A DNA stretch of 64,000 nt from Dehalococcoidia bacterium (GCA_963662615.2 CAXXSR010000002.1:544001-608000); one strand, 5' to 3'; positions 1-18,228 are shown, counted from the first letter of the stretch. Numbers and translations: made by a program. The notes: generated by a model not told the origin, from the letters alone.

Positions 1-2600
1 GTGGCGACGCTTGCCCCGGCGGCGCTGCTCTCTTGCACCCGGCGCACCCCCAGCGCCTCGGCGGACGTCTTGGCGCCGGCCGCGACGGGTGGCCGAGTGG
101 GGCGCGCCGACCGCCCTCGGCCCTCGCCGGCGGGCCCGGCGCCCGCCGGCCGGCGCTGCAGATGCAGCAGCGCTTGCACAATGTCGCGCCGGATCGTGAG
201 GGTGAGCTGGTCGAACATGTCGAACGCTTCGCGCTTGTACGTGACCAGCGGGTCCGTGTGGCCGTAGGCCTGCAGCCCCACGCCCTGGCGGAACGAATCC
301 ATCTCCGTGAGGTGCTGCACCCAGAGCCGGTCCGTGACCCGCAGGAAGAGCTGCCGCTCCACTTCGTGCAGCGTCTCCGCCCCCAGATCGGCCTCCTTCT
401 CCTCATAGACGGCAAGCGCGTGGTCGATCAAGGCGTCGGCGAGGCCGTCGATCGATCCCTCCGCGGCCGTCTTGTCGAAGCGCTCCAACGGCACAATGCC
501 GCCCATCTCCGCCCACAGCCCCTCCAGGTCCGTCCCCATCTCGGAGCGGCCGCCAACGTACGCGCTCACGACGTCGCGGATCTCCCTCTCCATCATCGTC
601 TGCACAATGGCGTGGACGTCGTCGCCGGCAAGGATCTTGTCGCGCTCGCTGTACATGACCTCGCGCTGGCGGTTGATCACGTCGTCGTAGTCCACCAGAA
701 GTTTGCGCGTGTCGAAGTGGTGCCCCTCCACCTTCTGCTGGGCCTGCTCCAGGGCCTTGCCCACCACGCCCGATTCCAGCGGCCGCTGGTCGTCCAGGCC
801 CAGCCGCTCCAGCATGCCCGGCAGCCAGTCCGGGGTGAAGCGGCGCATGATGGTGTCCTCAAAGGAGACGTAGAAGCGGCTGGATCCGGGGTCGCCCTGG
901 CGACCGGAGCGGCCCCGCAACTGGTTGTCGATGCGGCGCGACTCGTGCCGCTCCGTGCCGATGACGAGGAGCCCGCCCTGCTCCGCGATCCCCTCGCCCA
1001 GCTGGATGTCGGTCCCGCGCCCGGCCATGTTCGTGGCAATGGTCACGGCGCCCCGCTCTCCGGCCTTGGTGATGATCTGCGCCTCTCGCTCGTGCTGCTT
1101 GGCGTTGAGCACCTCGTGCGCGATCCCGCGCCGGCGCAAGTTGGCGGAGAGCCGCTCCGACGCCTCCACCGAGGCTGTGCCCGCCAGCACCGGTTGCCCG
1201 CGCTCGTGCGCCGCTGCGATCTCGTCCGCCACGGCGCCAAACTTGGCCGCCTCCGTGCGGAAGATCACGTCCGCGTGGTCCTTGCGGATCATGGGCCGGT
1301 CGGTGGGGATCGCCACGACTTCCAGCGAATAGATCTTGTGCAGCTCTTCGGCCTCGGTGGCGGCCGTGCCGGTCATGCCCGCCAGCTTGCGGTACATGCG
1401 GAAATAGTTCTGGTAGGTGATGGTCGCGAGGGTGACCGTCTCGCGCTCGATCTTGACCCCCTCTTTGGCCTCGATCGCTTGGTGCAGCCCCTCGGAGTAG
1501 CGCCGGCCCTCCATCAGGCGGCCGGTGAACTCGTCCACAATGATCACTTGGCCGTTGCGGACCACGTAGTCATGGTCGCGGTGGTACATGAACTGCGCCT
1601 TGAGGGCCGATTCCAGGAAGCGCGTCAGCCGCGCATTCTCGCCCTCAAAGATGTTGTCCACGCCTAACGCGCGCTCCACCTTCTCGATCCCGGGCTCGGT
1701 CAGCGAGACGGAGCGCGATTTGTCCTCCCCGGTGAAGTCCCTGCCTTCCTGCAAGGCGGTGACGAGTTGCGCGAAGGTGCGGTAGGTGTCCGGCGGCTCC
1801 TCCGCCTGCCCGCTGATGATCAGCGGCGTGCGCGCCTCGTCAATGAGGATGTTGTCCACCTCATCAACAATGGCGTAGGCCACGGGGCGTTGCACCTTGC
1901 TCTCCTGCGCCGTGACCATGTTGTCGCGCAGGTAGTCGAAGCCGAATTCGTTGTTGGTCCCGTAGGTGATGTCGGCGCGGTAGGCCTCTTGGCGCGTGCA
2001 GGGACGGAGGTGGCGCAGATCGCCCAGGGCGGCGCGTCGCTGCCGCTCTTCATCGTCAATCTCCTCACCGTCCTCCGCCTCGGTGGGGTCGTAATCCGGG
2101 TCGTAGAGGAAGGAGGCTTGATGCTGGAGCACGCCCACGTCGAGCCCCAGCCCGTGGTAGATGGGGCCCATCCAGCGGGCATCTCGCTTGGCCAGGTAGT
2201 CATTCACCGTCACCAGGTGGGCGCCGTCGCCCTCCAAGGCGTTGAGGTAGAGCGGCAGCGTGGCCACCAGGGTCTTGCCCTCGCCGGTGCGCATCTCAGT
2301 GATCTTCCCCTGGTGCAGCACCGCCCCGCCAACGAGCTGGACGTCGTAGTGGCGCATGCTGAGCCAACGCCGGCCCGCCTCCCGCACCAGCGCGTACGCC
2401 TCCGGGAGGATGTCATCCAGATCGGCGCCGTCTTCCAGGCGCCCGCACAATTCGTCCGTCTTCGCCCGCAGCTGGGCGTCGCTGAGGGCCGTGAAGGAGG
2501 GCTCCCAGGCGCCCGTCTCCGCGACGACAGGCTCCAAGCGCTTCAGCACGCGCGCGTTCGAGTCGCCGAAGATTCTTTTCGCCTTGGACAGCAGTGCCAT
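1..2600 (-). CDS. secA: Preprotein translocase ATPase SecA (3' end runs off the window)
   Basis: Not in the ORF track because it has no stop in the window. Minus strand reads MALLSKAKRIFGDSNAR, MRHYDVQL, EMRTGEGKT (Walker A), DEVDNILIDEARTPLIISG, IATNMAGRGTDI and RHESRRIDNQLRGRSGRQGDPG. Confidence 0.97.
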   Translation of the reverse strand, partial: MALLSKAKRIFGDSNARVLKRLEPVVAETGAWEPSFTALSDAQLRAKTDELCGRLEDGADLDDILPEAYALVREAGRRWLSMRHYDVQLVGGAVLHQGKITEMRTGEGKTLVATLPLYLNALEGDGAHLVTVNDYLAKRDARWMGPIYHGLGLDVGVLQHQASFLYDPDYDPTEAEDGEEIDDEERQRRAALGDLRHLRPCTRQEAYRADITYGTNNEFGFDYLRDNMVTAQESKVQRPVAYAIVDEVDNILIDEARTPLIISGQAEEPPDTYRTFAQLVTALQEGRDFTGEDKSRSVSLTEPGIEKVERALGVDNIFEGENARLTRFLESALKAQFMYHRDHDYVVRNGQVIIVDEFTGRLMEGRRYSEGLHQAIEAKEGVKIERETVTLATITYQNYFRMYRKLAGMTGTAATEAEELHKIYSLEVVAIPTDRPMIRKDHADVIFRTEAAKFGAVADEIAAAHERGQPVLAGTASVEASERLSANLRRRGIAHEVLNAKQHEREAQIITKAGERGAVTIATNMAGRGTDIQLGEGIAEQGGLLVIGTERHESRRIDNQLRGRSGRQGDPGSSRFYVSFEDTIMRRFTPDWLPGMLERLGLDDQRPLESGVVGKALEQAQQKVEGHHFDTRKLLVDYDDVINRQREVMYSERDKILAGDDVHAIVQTMMEREIRDVVSAYVGGRSEMGTDLEGLWAEMGGIVPLERFDKTAAEGSIDGLADALIDHALAVYEEKEADLGAETLHEVERQLFLRVTDRLWVQHLTEMDSFRQGVGLQAYGHTDPLVTYKREAFDMFDQLTLTIRRDIVQALLHLQRRPAGAGPAGEGRGRSARPTRPPVAAGAKTSAEALGVRRVQESSAAGASVA

Positions 2601-2737
2601 GCCACGTTCGCGCGGGGCCCAAATCGCCCCGATGTCTTTCCTGCTTCCTTTACAGAATAGCGGCGCAGCGCCGGTGGCGGGTAGGGTTGGACGGCGGCGC
2701 CCGCCTGCCGGCGTCTCCGTCGCCGCCCCATCTGCCC

Positions 2738-3679
2738 CTATTGAAAGAGCGCCCCGACCGATTGGCCGCTGTGGATGCGCTGGATCGCCTCACCCAGCAG
2801 TGGGGCGACGCTGACCACGCCGATCTTGCCGCTGTTGACGTAGCGCCGGGCCGGCAGCGTGTCGGTGACAATGACCTGCTTCAGCGGGCTCTCTTCAATG
2901 CGCTCAACGGCGCGGCCGGAGAGAACTCCGTGGGTCGCCGCGGCGTAGATATCATGGGCGCCCTGCTCCTTCAGCAGCGTTGCCACCTCCACCAGCGTGC
3001 CGGCCGTGTCCACTTCGTCGTCAATGATGAGCGCGTCGTGGCCTGCCACTTCACCGATCAGATGAAGGGTCTGGACCTGGTCATCGTTCGACACCCGCCG
3101 CTTTTCGGAAAGGGCCAGCGGCACATTGAGCCGCTCCGCCAGATTGCGCGCTCGCTTGGCGCTGCCCAAGTCGGGCGCCACCACAACGCCGCGGAACTCC
3201 TGATCGCGGAAGTGCTCCGCCAGCAGATTGAGGGCGGTCAGTTCATCGGTGGGCACATTGAAGAAGCCCTGGATCTGGCCCGCGTGCAAGTCGATCGTCA
3301 GGACCCGGTCGGCGCCGGCGGTCTCAATGAGATTGGCCATCAGCCGCGCCGTAATGGGGACGCGGGGCTGGTCTTTCTTGTCGGAGCGGCCGTAGGGGAA
3401 ATAGGGCACCACGGCGGTGATGCGGCCCGCACTGGCGCGTCGGGCCGCGTCGATCATGATGAGCAGCTCCATGACGTTGTCGTTCACCGGCATCGCCCCC
3501 GGCTGCACCAGGAAGACGTCGCGCTCGCGCACGTTCTCGCAGATGCGGACGAAGATGTTCTGGTTGGAGAACGCGAAGACCTCGGCCTCGCCGAGCGATT
3601 GGCCCAGAGCGTCGCAGATATCCGCCGCCAGCTCTTGGTTGGCGTTGCCGGAGAGGATGACGGGTCTGTGGATAGTCAG
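2738..3679 (-). CDS. prs: Ribose-phosphate pyrophosphokinase (probable CTG start)
   Basis: Motifs PYFPYGRSDKK, DLHAGQIQGFF, VAPDLGS and IIDDEVDTAGT. Homology begins at IHRPVILSGNAN, with GAGGAGG 6 nt before an in-frame CTG at 3679. Confidence 0.95.
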   Translation of the reverse strand: MTIHRPVILSGNANQELAADICDALGQSLGEAEVFAFSNQNIFVRICENVRERDVFLVQPGAMPVNDNVMELLIMIDAARRASAGRITAVVPYFPYGRSDKKDQPRVPITARLMANLIETAGADRVLTIDLHAGQIQGFFNVPTDELTALNLLAEHFRDQEFRGVVVAPDLGSAKRARNLAERLNVPLALSEKRRVSNDDQVQTLHLIGEVAGHDALIIDDEVDTAGTLVEVATLLKEQGAHDIYAAATHGVLSGRAVERIEESPLKQVIVTDTLPARRYVNSGKIGVVSVAPLLGEAIQRIHSGQSVGALFQ

Positions 3680-3968
3680 GGAGAGCCTCCTCAGCAGTTC
3701 CGAGGCGGGGCCCCAGAGGGTCCAGGCCGAGTATCGGGTCCACCTCACCCGCCCGGCAAGTCCGGGGGGGCCACGCCGGCAGGGAGGACCGCTGGCGCCG
3801 GGCGGCCTGCGCTCGCCGCCGGCCCCACCCCTGCCTGCGCCGCGGGCGAGAGTAACCGGCATGACAGAAGGGAGCCGCAGCCCTGGGGCAGCGATTGACG
3901 GGCGGTAGTGTCCTAATTTGCCTCGGGCCAGATAGCGTCGTGGAATCCGGTTACGTCAACGGTGAAAA

Positions 3969-4133
3969 TTATTCCGCCGCCGACTCCTCCGTGAGTTCGA
4001 GAATCCTCTCGATTCGCTCCATCAGCTGGAGGTCCGGCTCGTCTGCTTTGCCCTGTGACTTCAGCATCTCGATGAGCGCGGCCACGTAGTCTGCCTGGAG
4101 ATTCTCACGCGATTTCGTACCACGCCCCAACAT
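3969..4133 (-). CDS. Small hypothetical protein, 54 aa (MLGRGTKSRENLQADYVAALIEMLKSQGKADEPDLQLMERIERILELTEESAAE)
   Basis: Translated by hand, ATG to TAA. Protein-like composition with two amphipathic helices; below the ORF-track cutoff. Confidence 0.65.
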   Translation of the reverse strand: MLGRGTKSRENLQADYVAALIEMLKSQGKADEPDLQLMERIERILELTEESAAE

Positions 4134-4386
4134 CTGCGCCCCCGATCATGCGACCCGATGATCGGACGTGGAGTCCGTTGCACCGGTGCCCTTGGCTCTC
4201 CGCTGCGAGGCATCGCCGCGCGCGCGGAGTCTAGTTCACTGCCCACCCCCGCGAGCCTCTTGGATGATTGCCGCCTGGGCCGCCTTCCGCGGCGAGTCCA
4301 CCGGCCATGTGCCATCGCGTTGACAGAGTGCCTTTCGCGGGCGCCCCGTTCTGTCGTCGGGAGAACCCTCAAACTAGGACACTACC

Positions 4387-4415
4387 TTGACGGGCCACCC
4401 CCCATTGCCTATGAT
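4387..4415 (+). promoter_or_regulatory. Sigma70-type promoter upstream of rpoB
   Basis: TTGACG-N17-TATGAT. Confidence 0.75.
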
Positions 4416-4747
4416 GACGCTGGCTGCGCATGCCCAAACGTCTCATTCCTTGGCAACTTCGATAGTGGTTCTCGACCGGCACGGCGGAGAGCGTTGCTCT
4501 GCGTTCAGGGATGCGGTGACCTCTCGATTACCTTCGGGCGAACGCCGGCTCGGCGCGGGCCGGCCGCGAGGCTCCGCCGACCGAGCGGATCGGAGACCGC
4601 TGTGCGTGCGCGCCATTGTGGCGGCGAGCCGTCGCCGAATCCGCGCCGGCGGAAGTCCGCCGCGTGGGCGCTGGACCGAGCCCGTCCTTCCCTGGAGGGA
4701 CCACCGCGATCCTGGGCGATCCGAGCCGTGAGGAGTGCACACTGCCT

Positions 4748-13010
<8,263 letters not shown>

Positions 13011-13051
13011 GAGTAGCTGCGGGGAGCGGGGGCGCTGGCGCCGCCCTCAGC

Positions 13052-13085
13052 GGCAGTGCGCCACTAGTGGCAGTGCGCCACTAGC
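13052..13085. repeat. 17-bp tandem duplication GGCAGTGCGCCACTAG(T/C) x2
   Basis: Read directly; each copy contains CTAG. Confidence 0.9.
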
Positions 13086-13157
13086 GGCCGCACCCCTTCC
13101 GCGCCCGCCCCGGAACTCAGTGCGGGTGGCCGCCGCCGCGAGCGCGCACCGGCCGCA

Positions 13158-13186
13158 CGAAACCGGGGGCCTCCACGGCCCCCGGT
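13158..13186 (-). terminator. Intrinsic terminator-like hairpin between convergent rpoC and groEL
   Basis: ACCGGGGGCC-TCCAC-GGCCCCCGGT, followed by TT on the minus strand. Confidence 0.65.
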
Positions 13187-13214
13187 GCATGGGAGTAACA
13201 GGCGCCGTCCCGGC

Positions 13215-14840
13215 CTAGTAGTCCATGGGCGGTTCCGGCATGGCGGCGGCCGACGGCGGCTCCGGGATCTCGGTCACCAGTGAGTCGGTGGTCAAGACCA
13301 TGCCGCCAATGGAGACCGCGTTCTCCAAGGCCGAACGCACCACCTTGACCGGGTCCACAATGCCCTTGCGGAAGAGGTCGCCGTACGTGTCTTCGAGCGC
13401 GTCGTAGCCGAAGCTTGCACTCTTGTTGCGACGGACCGCTTCGATCACGACCGACCCTTCCTGTCCCGCGTTGGCTGCGATCTGCCGCAGCGGCGCCTCC
13501 AACGCCTCCCGCAGGAGGTGGATCGCCGTGCGCTCGTCGCCCTCGCTTTCCGCTTCCAGCGCGCTCAGCGTCTCGCCGCTGCGAAGGAGGGCCACACCGC
13601 CACCGGCGACGATCCCCTCTTCCACGGCCGCACGGGTCGCACTGAGGGCGTCCTCCAGCTTCGCCTTCCGCGCTTTCAGCTCCACCTCCGTGGGCGCGCC
13701 CATCTGGATCACGGCAACGCCACCGGACAGCTTGGCCTGCCGCTCTTGCAGCTTCTCGCGGTCGAAGTCGGAGGTGGTGGCGTCGATCTGCGCCTTGATC
13801 TCTTTGATGCGGTTCTGAATCGCCTCGCTGGCGCCGCTGCCTTCAACGATCGTCGTGTCGTCCTTAGTGGCGACAATGCGGCGGGCGCGGCCCAGGTCGG
13901 CCACTTGCGCGTCCTCCAGGGTGCGCCCCATCTCCTCGGTGATCAAGGTGCCGCCCGTGAGCACGGCAATGTCCTCCAGCATGGCCTTGCGCCGGTCACC
14001 GAAGCCCGGGGCTTTCAGCGCCAGCGCGTTGATGGTGCCGCGCAGCTTGTTCACCACCAGCGTCGCCAAGGCTTCCCCGTCGACGTCGTCGGCAATGATG
14101 ACCAAGTTCTTGCTCACCGCCATCAGCTTTTCCATCAGCGGCACAATGTCCTGGACGGAGGAGATCTTGCTGTCGGTGATGAGGATGTAGGCGTCCTCAA
14201 TCACGGCTTCCATGCGCTCCGGATTGCTGACGAAGTAGGGCGAGACGTAGCCACGGTCCAGCTGCATGCCGTCCGTGTACTCCGTCTCCATGCGCAGGCC
14301 TTTGCCCTCCTCCACCGTGATGACGCCGTCCTTGCCCACCTTCTCCATGACGTCGGCGATGAGGTTGCCCACCTCGGCGTCCTCGGAGCTGATGGAGGCG
14401 ACCGCGGCGATCTCGCCCTTGGACGCCACGGGGCGCGCCGAGCTGCGCAGCTCCTTGATGAGGACGTCGGCGCCGCGGTCGAGGCCGCGCTTGAGGCTCA
14501 TGGGGTCCGCGCCCGCGGCGATGTTCCGCATCCCCTCGCGCACGATCGCCTGGGCCAGCACCGCCGCCGTGGTCGTGCCGTCGCCGGCGACGTCGTTGGT
14601 GCGCGTGCAGACCTCCTTGGCCAGCTGCGCTCCCAGGTTCTGGAACGGCTCTTCCAGTTCAATGTCCCGCGCAATCGTGACGCCGTCATTGATGATCAGC
14701 GGCGCCCCGAACTTCTTCTCCAGAACCACGTTGCGACCCCGGGGGCCCAGCGTCACCTTGACCGGGTTGGCCAAGCCGTCCACGCCCTCTTTCAGGGCTC
14801 GCCGCGCCTTCAGATCGAAGAGCAGCCTTTTTGCCGTCAC
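13215..14840 (-). CDS. groEL: Chaperonin GroEL
   Basis: [31 protein letters not shown]. Confidence 0.99.
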   Translation of the reverse strand: MTAKRLLFDLKARRALKEGVDGLANPVKVTLGPRGRNVVLEKKFGAPLIINDGVTIARDIELEEPFQNLGAQLAKEVCTRTNDVAGDGTTTAAVLAQAIVREGMRNIAAGADPMSLKRGLDRGADVLIKELRSSARPVASKGEIAAVASISSEDAEVGNLIADVMEKVGKDGVITVEEGKGLRMETEYTDGMQLDRGYVSPYFVSNPERMEAVIEDAYILITDSKISSVQDIVPLMEKLMAVSKNLVIIADDVDGEALATLVVNKLRGTINALALKAPGFGDRRKAMLEDIAVLTGGTLITEEMGRTLEDAQVADLGRARRIVATKDDTTIVEGSGASEAIQNRIKEIKAQIDATTSDFDREKLQERQAKLSGGVAVIQMGAPTEVELKARKAKLEDALSATRAAVEEGIVAGGGVALLRSGETLSALEAESEGDERTAIHLLREALEAPLRQIAANAGQEGSVVIEAVRRNKSASFGYDALEDTYGDLFRKGIVDPVKVVRSALENAVSIGGMVLTTDSLVTEIPEPPSAAAMPEPPMDY

Positions 14841-14954
14841 CCTCAGCCTCCCTTTCTAATCACCGCCCTAGACCCCGCCCCCGCAGCGACCCGCCCCTGC
14901 GGCCGGCCGATGCCGGTCTGACGGGGACGCTCCGCGGCGGTGACGATGCGGATG

Positions 14955-15269
14955 TTAGCCGACGACCTTCGCCAGCACCTCGCGCTCCTCGAGCACGATC
15001 AGGTCGTCGCGGTCGATCTTGATCTCTTGGCCCGTGTACTTCTTGTAGAGGATGCGATCGCCCACCATCACGTCGAGGGGAACGCGCGCACCCTTGTCAT
15101 CCCGTTTGCCGGGACCCACGGCAATGATCTCCCCCTGCTGCGGCTTCTCTTTGGCCGTGTCCGGAATGAGGATGCCGCTGGCCAGCACCTGCTCCGCTTC
15201 CACGGGACGGATAACCACCCGGTCCGCCAGCGGTTCAAGCCTGACTCCAGATCCGTTCTTCTTCGCCAT
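14955..15269 (-). CDS. groES: Co-chaperonin GroES
   Basis: LEPLADRVVI, SGILIPDTAKEKPQQGEIIAVGPG. Confidence 0.98.
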   Translation of the reverse strand: MAKKNGSGVRLEPLADRVVIRPVEAEQVLASGILIPDTAKEKPQQGEIIAVGPGKRDDKGARVPLDVMVGDRILYKKYTGQEIKIDRDDLIVLEEREVLAKVVG

Positions 15270-15336
15270 TTTCCCTGTCCTTGGTGCTTGAGCTTGTGCT
15301 GCCTGAAACTGCCTTGTTCTGCCGTCGTGATGGCAA

Positions 15337-15363
15337 TTAGCACTCTATCGTCGGGAGTGCTAA
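15337..15363. promoter_or_regulatory. CIRCE operator (HrcA binding site)
   Basis: Exact TTAGCACTC-N9-GAGTGCTAA, extended by GGCAA/TTGCC, upstream of groES. Confidence 0.97.
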
Positions 15364-15379
15364 TTGCCGATCCGAGCGC

Positions 15380-15408
15380 ATAGTATCCAGGGCGGCCCAA
15401 TCTTGCAA
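15380..15408 (-). promoter_or_regulatory. groESL sigma70 promoter
   Basis: Minus strand TTGCAA-N17-TACTAT just upstream of CIRCE. Confidence 0.85.
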
Positions 15409-15470
15409 TAGCGCCGGCCGCACCCGTGTGGACGTGAGGGCGGCCGGCCTCGCCCTGGTCGTTCGCCCGT

Positions 15471-15532
15471 TCGCCAAAGCCCATGCCAAAGCCCATCGCC
15501 AAAGCCCATCGCCAAAGCCCATCGCCAAAGCC
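15471..15532. repeat. 13-bp tandem repeat TCGCCAAAGCCCA, about 5 copies (one 12 bp)
   Basis: Read directly; lies between the divergent groES and HTH promoters. Confidence 0.9.
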
Positions 15533-15581
15533 GCAGGCCTGACCCTTGCCGGCGCTACACTTTTCCGTGTATGTTGGCGCC

Positions 15582-15929
15582 ATGGCAGACCGCAGCGGGG
15601 GGGCCTACCGCAGCCGCGGCCGTAGGGCCGGCGACGACGACTGGGATGCCCAGCAAGTGCGAGAGCTGCGACGGCATCTCCAGTTGACGCAATGTGCTTT
15701 CGCGGACGAACTGAACGCCCGCCAGCAGACCGTTTCCGAATGGGAGACAGGGCGCTACCGGCCCCGGGGACCTTCGGCGCGGCTGCTCACCTGGATCGCG
15801 GAGGGGTCCGGTTTCCCCTACGAAGCCAGACCTCCGCGAAGGGAGGTCGGCGCCGCCGTGCAGACGGGCAGCAAGCGCAAGGGGGAGCCCCCTGGGGATC
15901 GGAGGCGGCCGCTGCCGCCGAACGGCTAG
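15582..15929 (+). CDS. XRE-family helix-turn-helix protein (probably leaderless)
   Basis: VRELRRHLQLTQCAFADELNARQQTVSEWETGRYRP; TTGCCG-N18-TATGTT-N6-ATG. Confidence 0.85.
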   Translation: MADRSGGAYRSRGRRAGDDDWDAQQVRELRRHLQLTQCAFADELNARQQTVSEWETGRYRPRGPSARLLTWIAEGSGFPYEARPPRREVGAAVQTGSKRKGEPPGDRRRPLPPNG

Positions 15930-15965
15930 GGCCGGCGCACCTTGCCGGCCGAGAGGGCGGCGCGG

Positions 15966-17081
15966 ATGGAGACGGAAGCGGCGCTTTAGGCCCGCTGGGC
16001 GGCCCGGCCGCCGCGCTGGATCACCACCACGACGGGGGATCGCCTGCGGGTGATCTTCGCCGGCAGTTGGAACCGTGGCCCTGGACCGGACTTCCGCGGC
16101 GCCATCTTGGCGCCCGAGGGCGGCCGGGCCCTGCTCGCCGGCGATGTGGAGGTCCATCGCCAAGAGCAAGACTGGTGGCGCCACGGTCACGACCGCGACC
16201 CCGCCTATGACGGGGTCGTGCTCCATCTGCTCGGCGGCGCCGGCGGCGGGCCGCCCCGAGCTGGGGGCGGGGATGGCGCCCGGCCCCTGTCCGCCGCCGT
16301 GGCCCGCCTGCCGCTCCCCGAACTCCGGGAAGCCGCAGGTGGGGCAGCAGACGGCGCGGACGCATCCGCTCCGGATTGGGCGCCGCCCTGCACGGACGTG
16401 GTGCAGCGCGCGGGCGTGCGCGTCGTGGAGGCGCGCCTATTCCGCATCGCGCGAACACGATTTCAGTCCAAGACAGCGCGCGCCCGAGTTCAGTTGCGGC
16501 AGGGCGCGCAGCGGGGCCCGCTTTCGGCCGCGGCGGCGTACCTTCTCGGCGGGAGCGGGCCCGGCGGGAGTGGGAGCAGGCGCGGGCGGCCCGCCAACCA
16601 TCCCGCCCGCAGGCTGGCTGCTGCGGCCACCCTGGCCGGGCGCCTGCAGCTGGCAGGGGGAGTCGCCGCCGGGCTGGCGGCGCTGGCGGCGTTGCCTGAG
16701 GGGCGGGCTCTGCAACGGTTGCGCGTCCCCGGCCTCCTCGGCGTCGAGCGCGCGCGCCAGCTCCTCGTGGACGTCGCCTATCCGCTGGCGGCGGCGCGGA
16801 GTGGGGGCGAGCCGGGCCTGGCCGCGCGCTGGCTCGCGCTCGGCGGCGCCCGCTACGGGCGAACGGAGGCGCTGCGCCAGCGGCTCAGCCGTGGCGGGCT
16901 CCGTAGCTGGCGCAACGGGGAGACGCAGGCGTTGCTGGACCTGGAGCGCTTCTATTGCCGGAACGGCGCCTGCGCGGTCTGTCCCTTAGCCGCCCTTGCG
17001 CCCAGCCGCCGGCGCGGCCCCATCGGCAGCCCCAACCTGCCGCTCCCGCCCAGCGAGGATGCCGCCGCCGCGGCGCACTGA
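15966..17081 (+). pseudogene. DUF2851-family gene with in-frame TAG at codon 8
   Basis: METEAAL*ARW...TTTGDRLRVIFAG; family-like motifs GPDF, GDVEVH, WxxHGHxxDPAYxxVVLH, RPANHPARR and C-terminal CxxxxCxxC. Confidence 0.7.
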
Positions 17082-17107
17082 GCGCAGCCGTCAACGATAC
17101 CGGCGTC

Positions 17108-18148
17108 TCAGCTCCTGCCGGGCGTGAACACGCCCGGGCCGGAGGTGCTGAAGAGGTCGAAGCGAAGGGAAGCGTCGGCCTGATCGCGCTTGTAAAACGC
17201 GGCGGCGGCGATCATGGCCGCGTTATCGGTGCAGAGGGCCGGCGGCGGCCAGCGCACGGGCACCGGACAGCGCTGACGCAGCGCTTCGCGGAGGACGCCG
17301 TTAGCGGCGACGCCCCCCCCCACGATCACGGTCCGCGCGCCGAACTCTTGCGACGCCGACGCCGTCTTCGTGGCGAGCACCTCCACCACGGACGCCTGGA
17401 ACTCCCGCGCCAGGACCGGCACGTCCGGCGCTGATCCCTGGCGCACACGCCGGAGCACCGCCGTCTTGAGCCCGCTGAAGGAGAAATCGTACGTGCCCGG
17501 CAGCCAGGCGCGGGGCAGCCGCTCGCCGCCTGCGCCGTTGGCCCCCTGCGCCGCCTGCTCAATGGCGGGACCGCCGGGAAAGGGCAAGCCCAGCAGCCGG
17601 GCGACCTTGTCGAACGCTTCCCCGGCGGCGTCGTCCACGGTCTGGCCCAGGCGCTCGAAGCGGCCATGGTCGTGCATCAGCAACAGCTCCGTGTGTCCGC
17701 CGCTGACAACCAGGCAGAGGGCGGGGAAGAGGGGCGGCTCTCCGCCGTGCGCCGCCAGTGCCGTATCCAGCCAGTTGGCGTAGAGGTGCCCTTCAATATG
17801 GTGCACGGGAATGCAGGGCAGCCCCCGCGCCCAGGCGACGGCCTTGGCCGCGTTGATGCCGACCAGCAAGGAACCGCCCAAGCCCGGGCCCTGCGTCACC
17901 GCGACGGCGTCGATCTCGTCCCAGTCGCGCCGCGCCTGGGCCAGCGTCTCGGCCAGCACCGGCGCCACGCTGCGCAGGTGCTCGCGCCCCGCCAGCTCGG
18001 GCACCACGCCGCCGTAGCGGGCGTGCAGCGCCGCTTGCGACGCCACCACGGAAGCGAGCAGGCGGTGGCCGTCCTCCACCACGGCGCCCGCGTACTCGTC
18101 GCAGGACGACTCCAGACCAAGGACGGTGTAGGGCCTGGTTCGGGGCAT
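17108..18148 (-). CDS. tsaD: tRNA N6-adenosine threonylcarbamoyltransferase TsaD
   Basis: LGLESSCDE, YGGVVPELA, HHIEGH, SGGHT, DDAAGEAFDKVA, DNAAMI. Confidence 0.97.
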   Translation of the reverse strand: MPRTRPYTVLGLESSCDEYAGAVVEDGHRLLASVVASQAALHARYGGVVPELAGREHLRSVAPVLAETLAQARRDWDEIDAVAVTQGPGLGGSLLVGINAAKAVAWARGLPCIPVHHIEGHLYANWLDTALAAHGGEPPLFPALCLVVSGGHTELLLMHDHGRFERLGQTVDDAAGEAFDKVARLLGLPFPGGPAIEQAAQGANGAGGERLPRAWLPGTYDFSFSGLKTAVLRRVRQGSAPDVPVLAREFQASVVEVLATKTASASQEFGARTVIVGGGVAANGVLREALRQRCPVPVRWPPPALCTDNAAMIAAAAFYKRDQADASLRFDLFSTSGPGVFTPGRS

Positions 18149-18228
18149 CCCCCACCCCCGCGGGCGCGCAGCGCCCGCCCTGATGGTACGCGAACCAGCG
18201 CCGGCGATCGATCTAGCGCAGGAGCGAT

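Noticed and set aside
33-3898. Long plus-strand ORFs (544, 297 and 434 aa) and similar antisense ORFs opposite rpoBC, groEL, ileS and folC/fabF
   Set aside because: Shadow frames of real high-GC genes on the other strand; no recognisable motifs.
15287-15307. Possible HAIR (HspR) site upstream of groES
   Set aside because: Only one half-site (CTTGAGC) resembles CTTGAGT-N7-ACTCAAG.
15987-15989. Genome-wide amber recoding or pyrrolysine
   Set aside because: TAG is the true stop of rpoC, groEL, prs, proA and others; no pyl genes seen.
15582-17081. XRE plus DUF2851 as a toxin-antitoxin or prophage remnant
   Set aside because: No toxin motifs, integrase, att sites or compositional shift.
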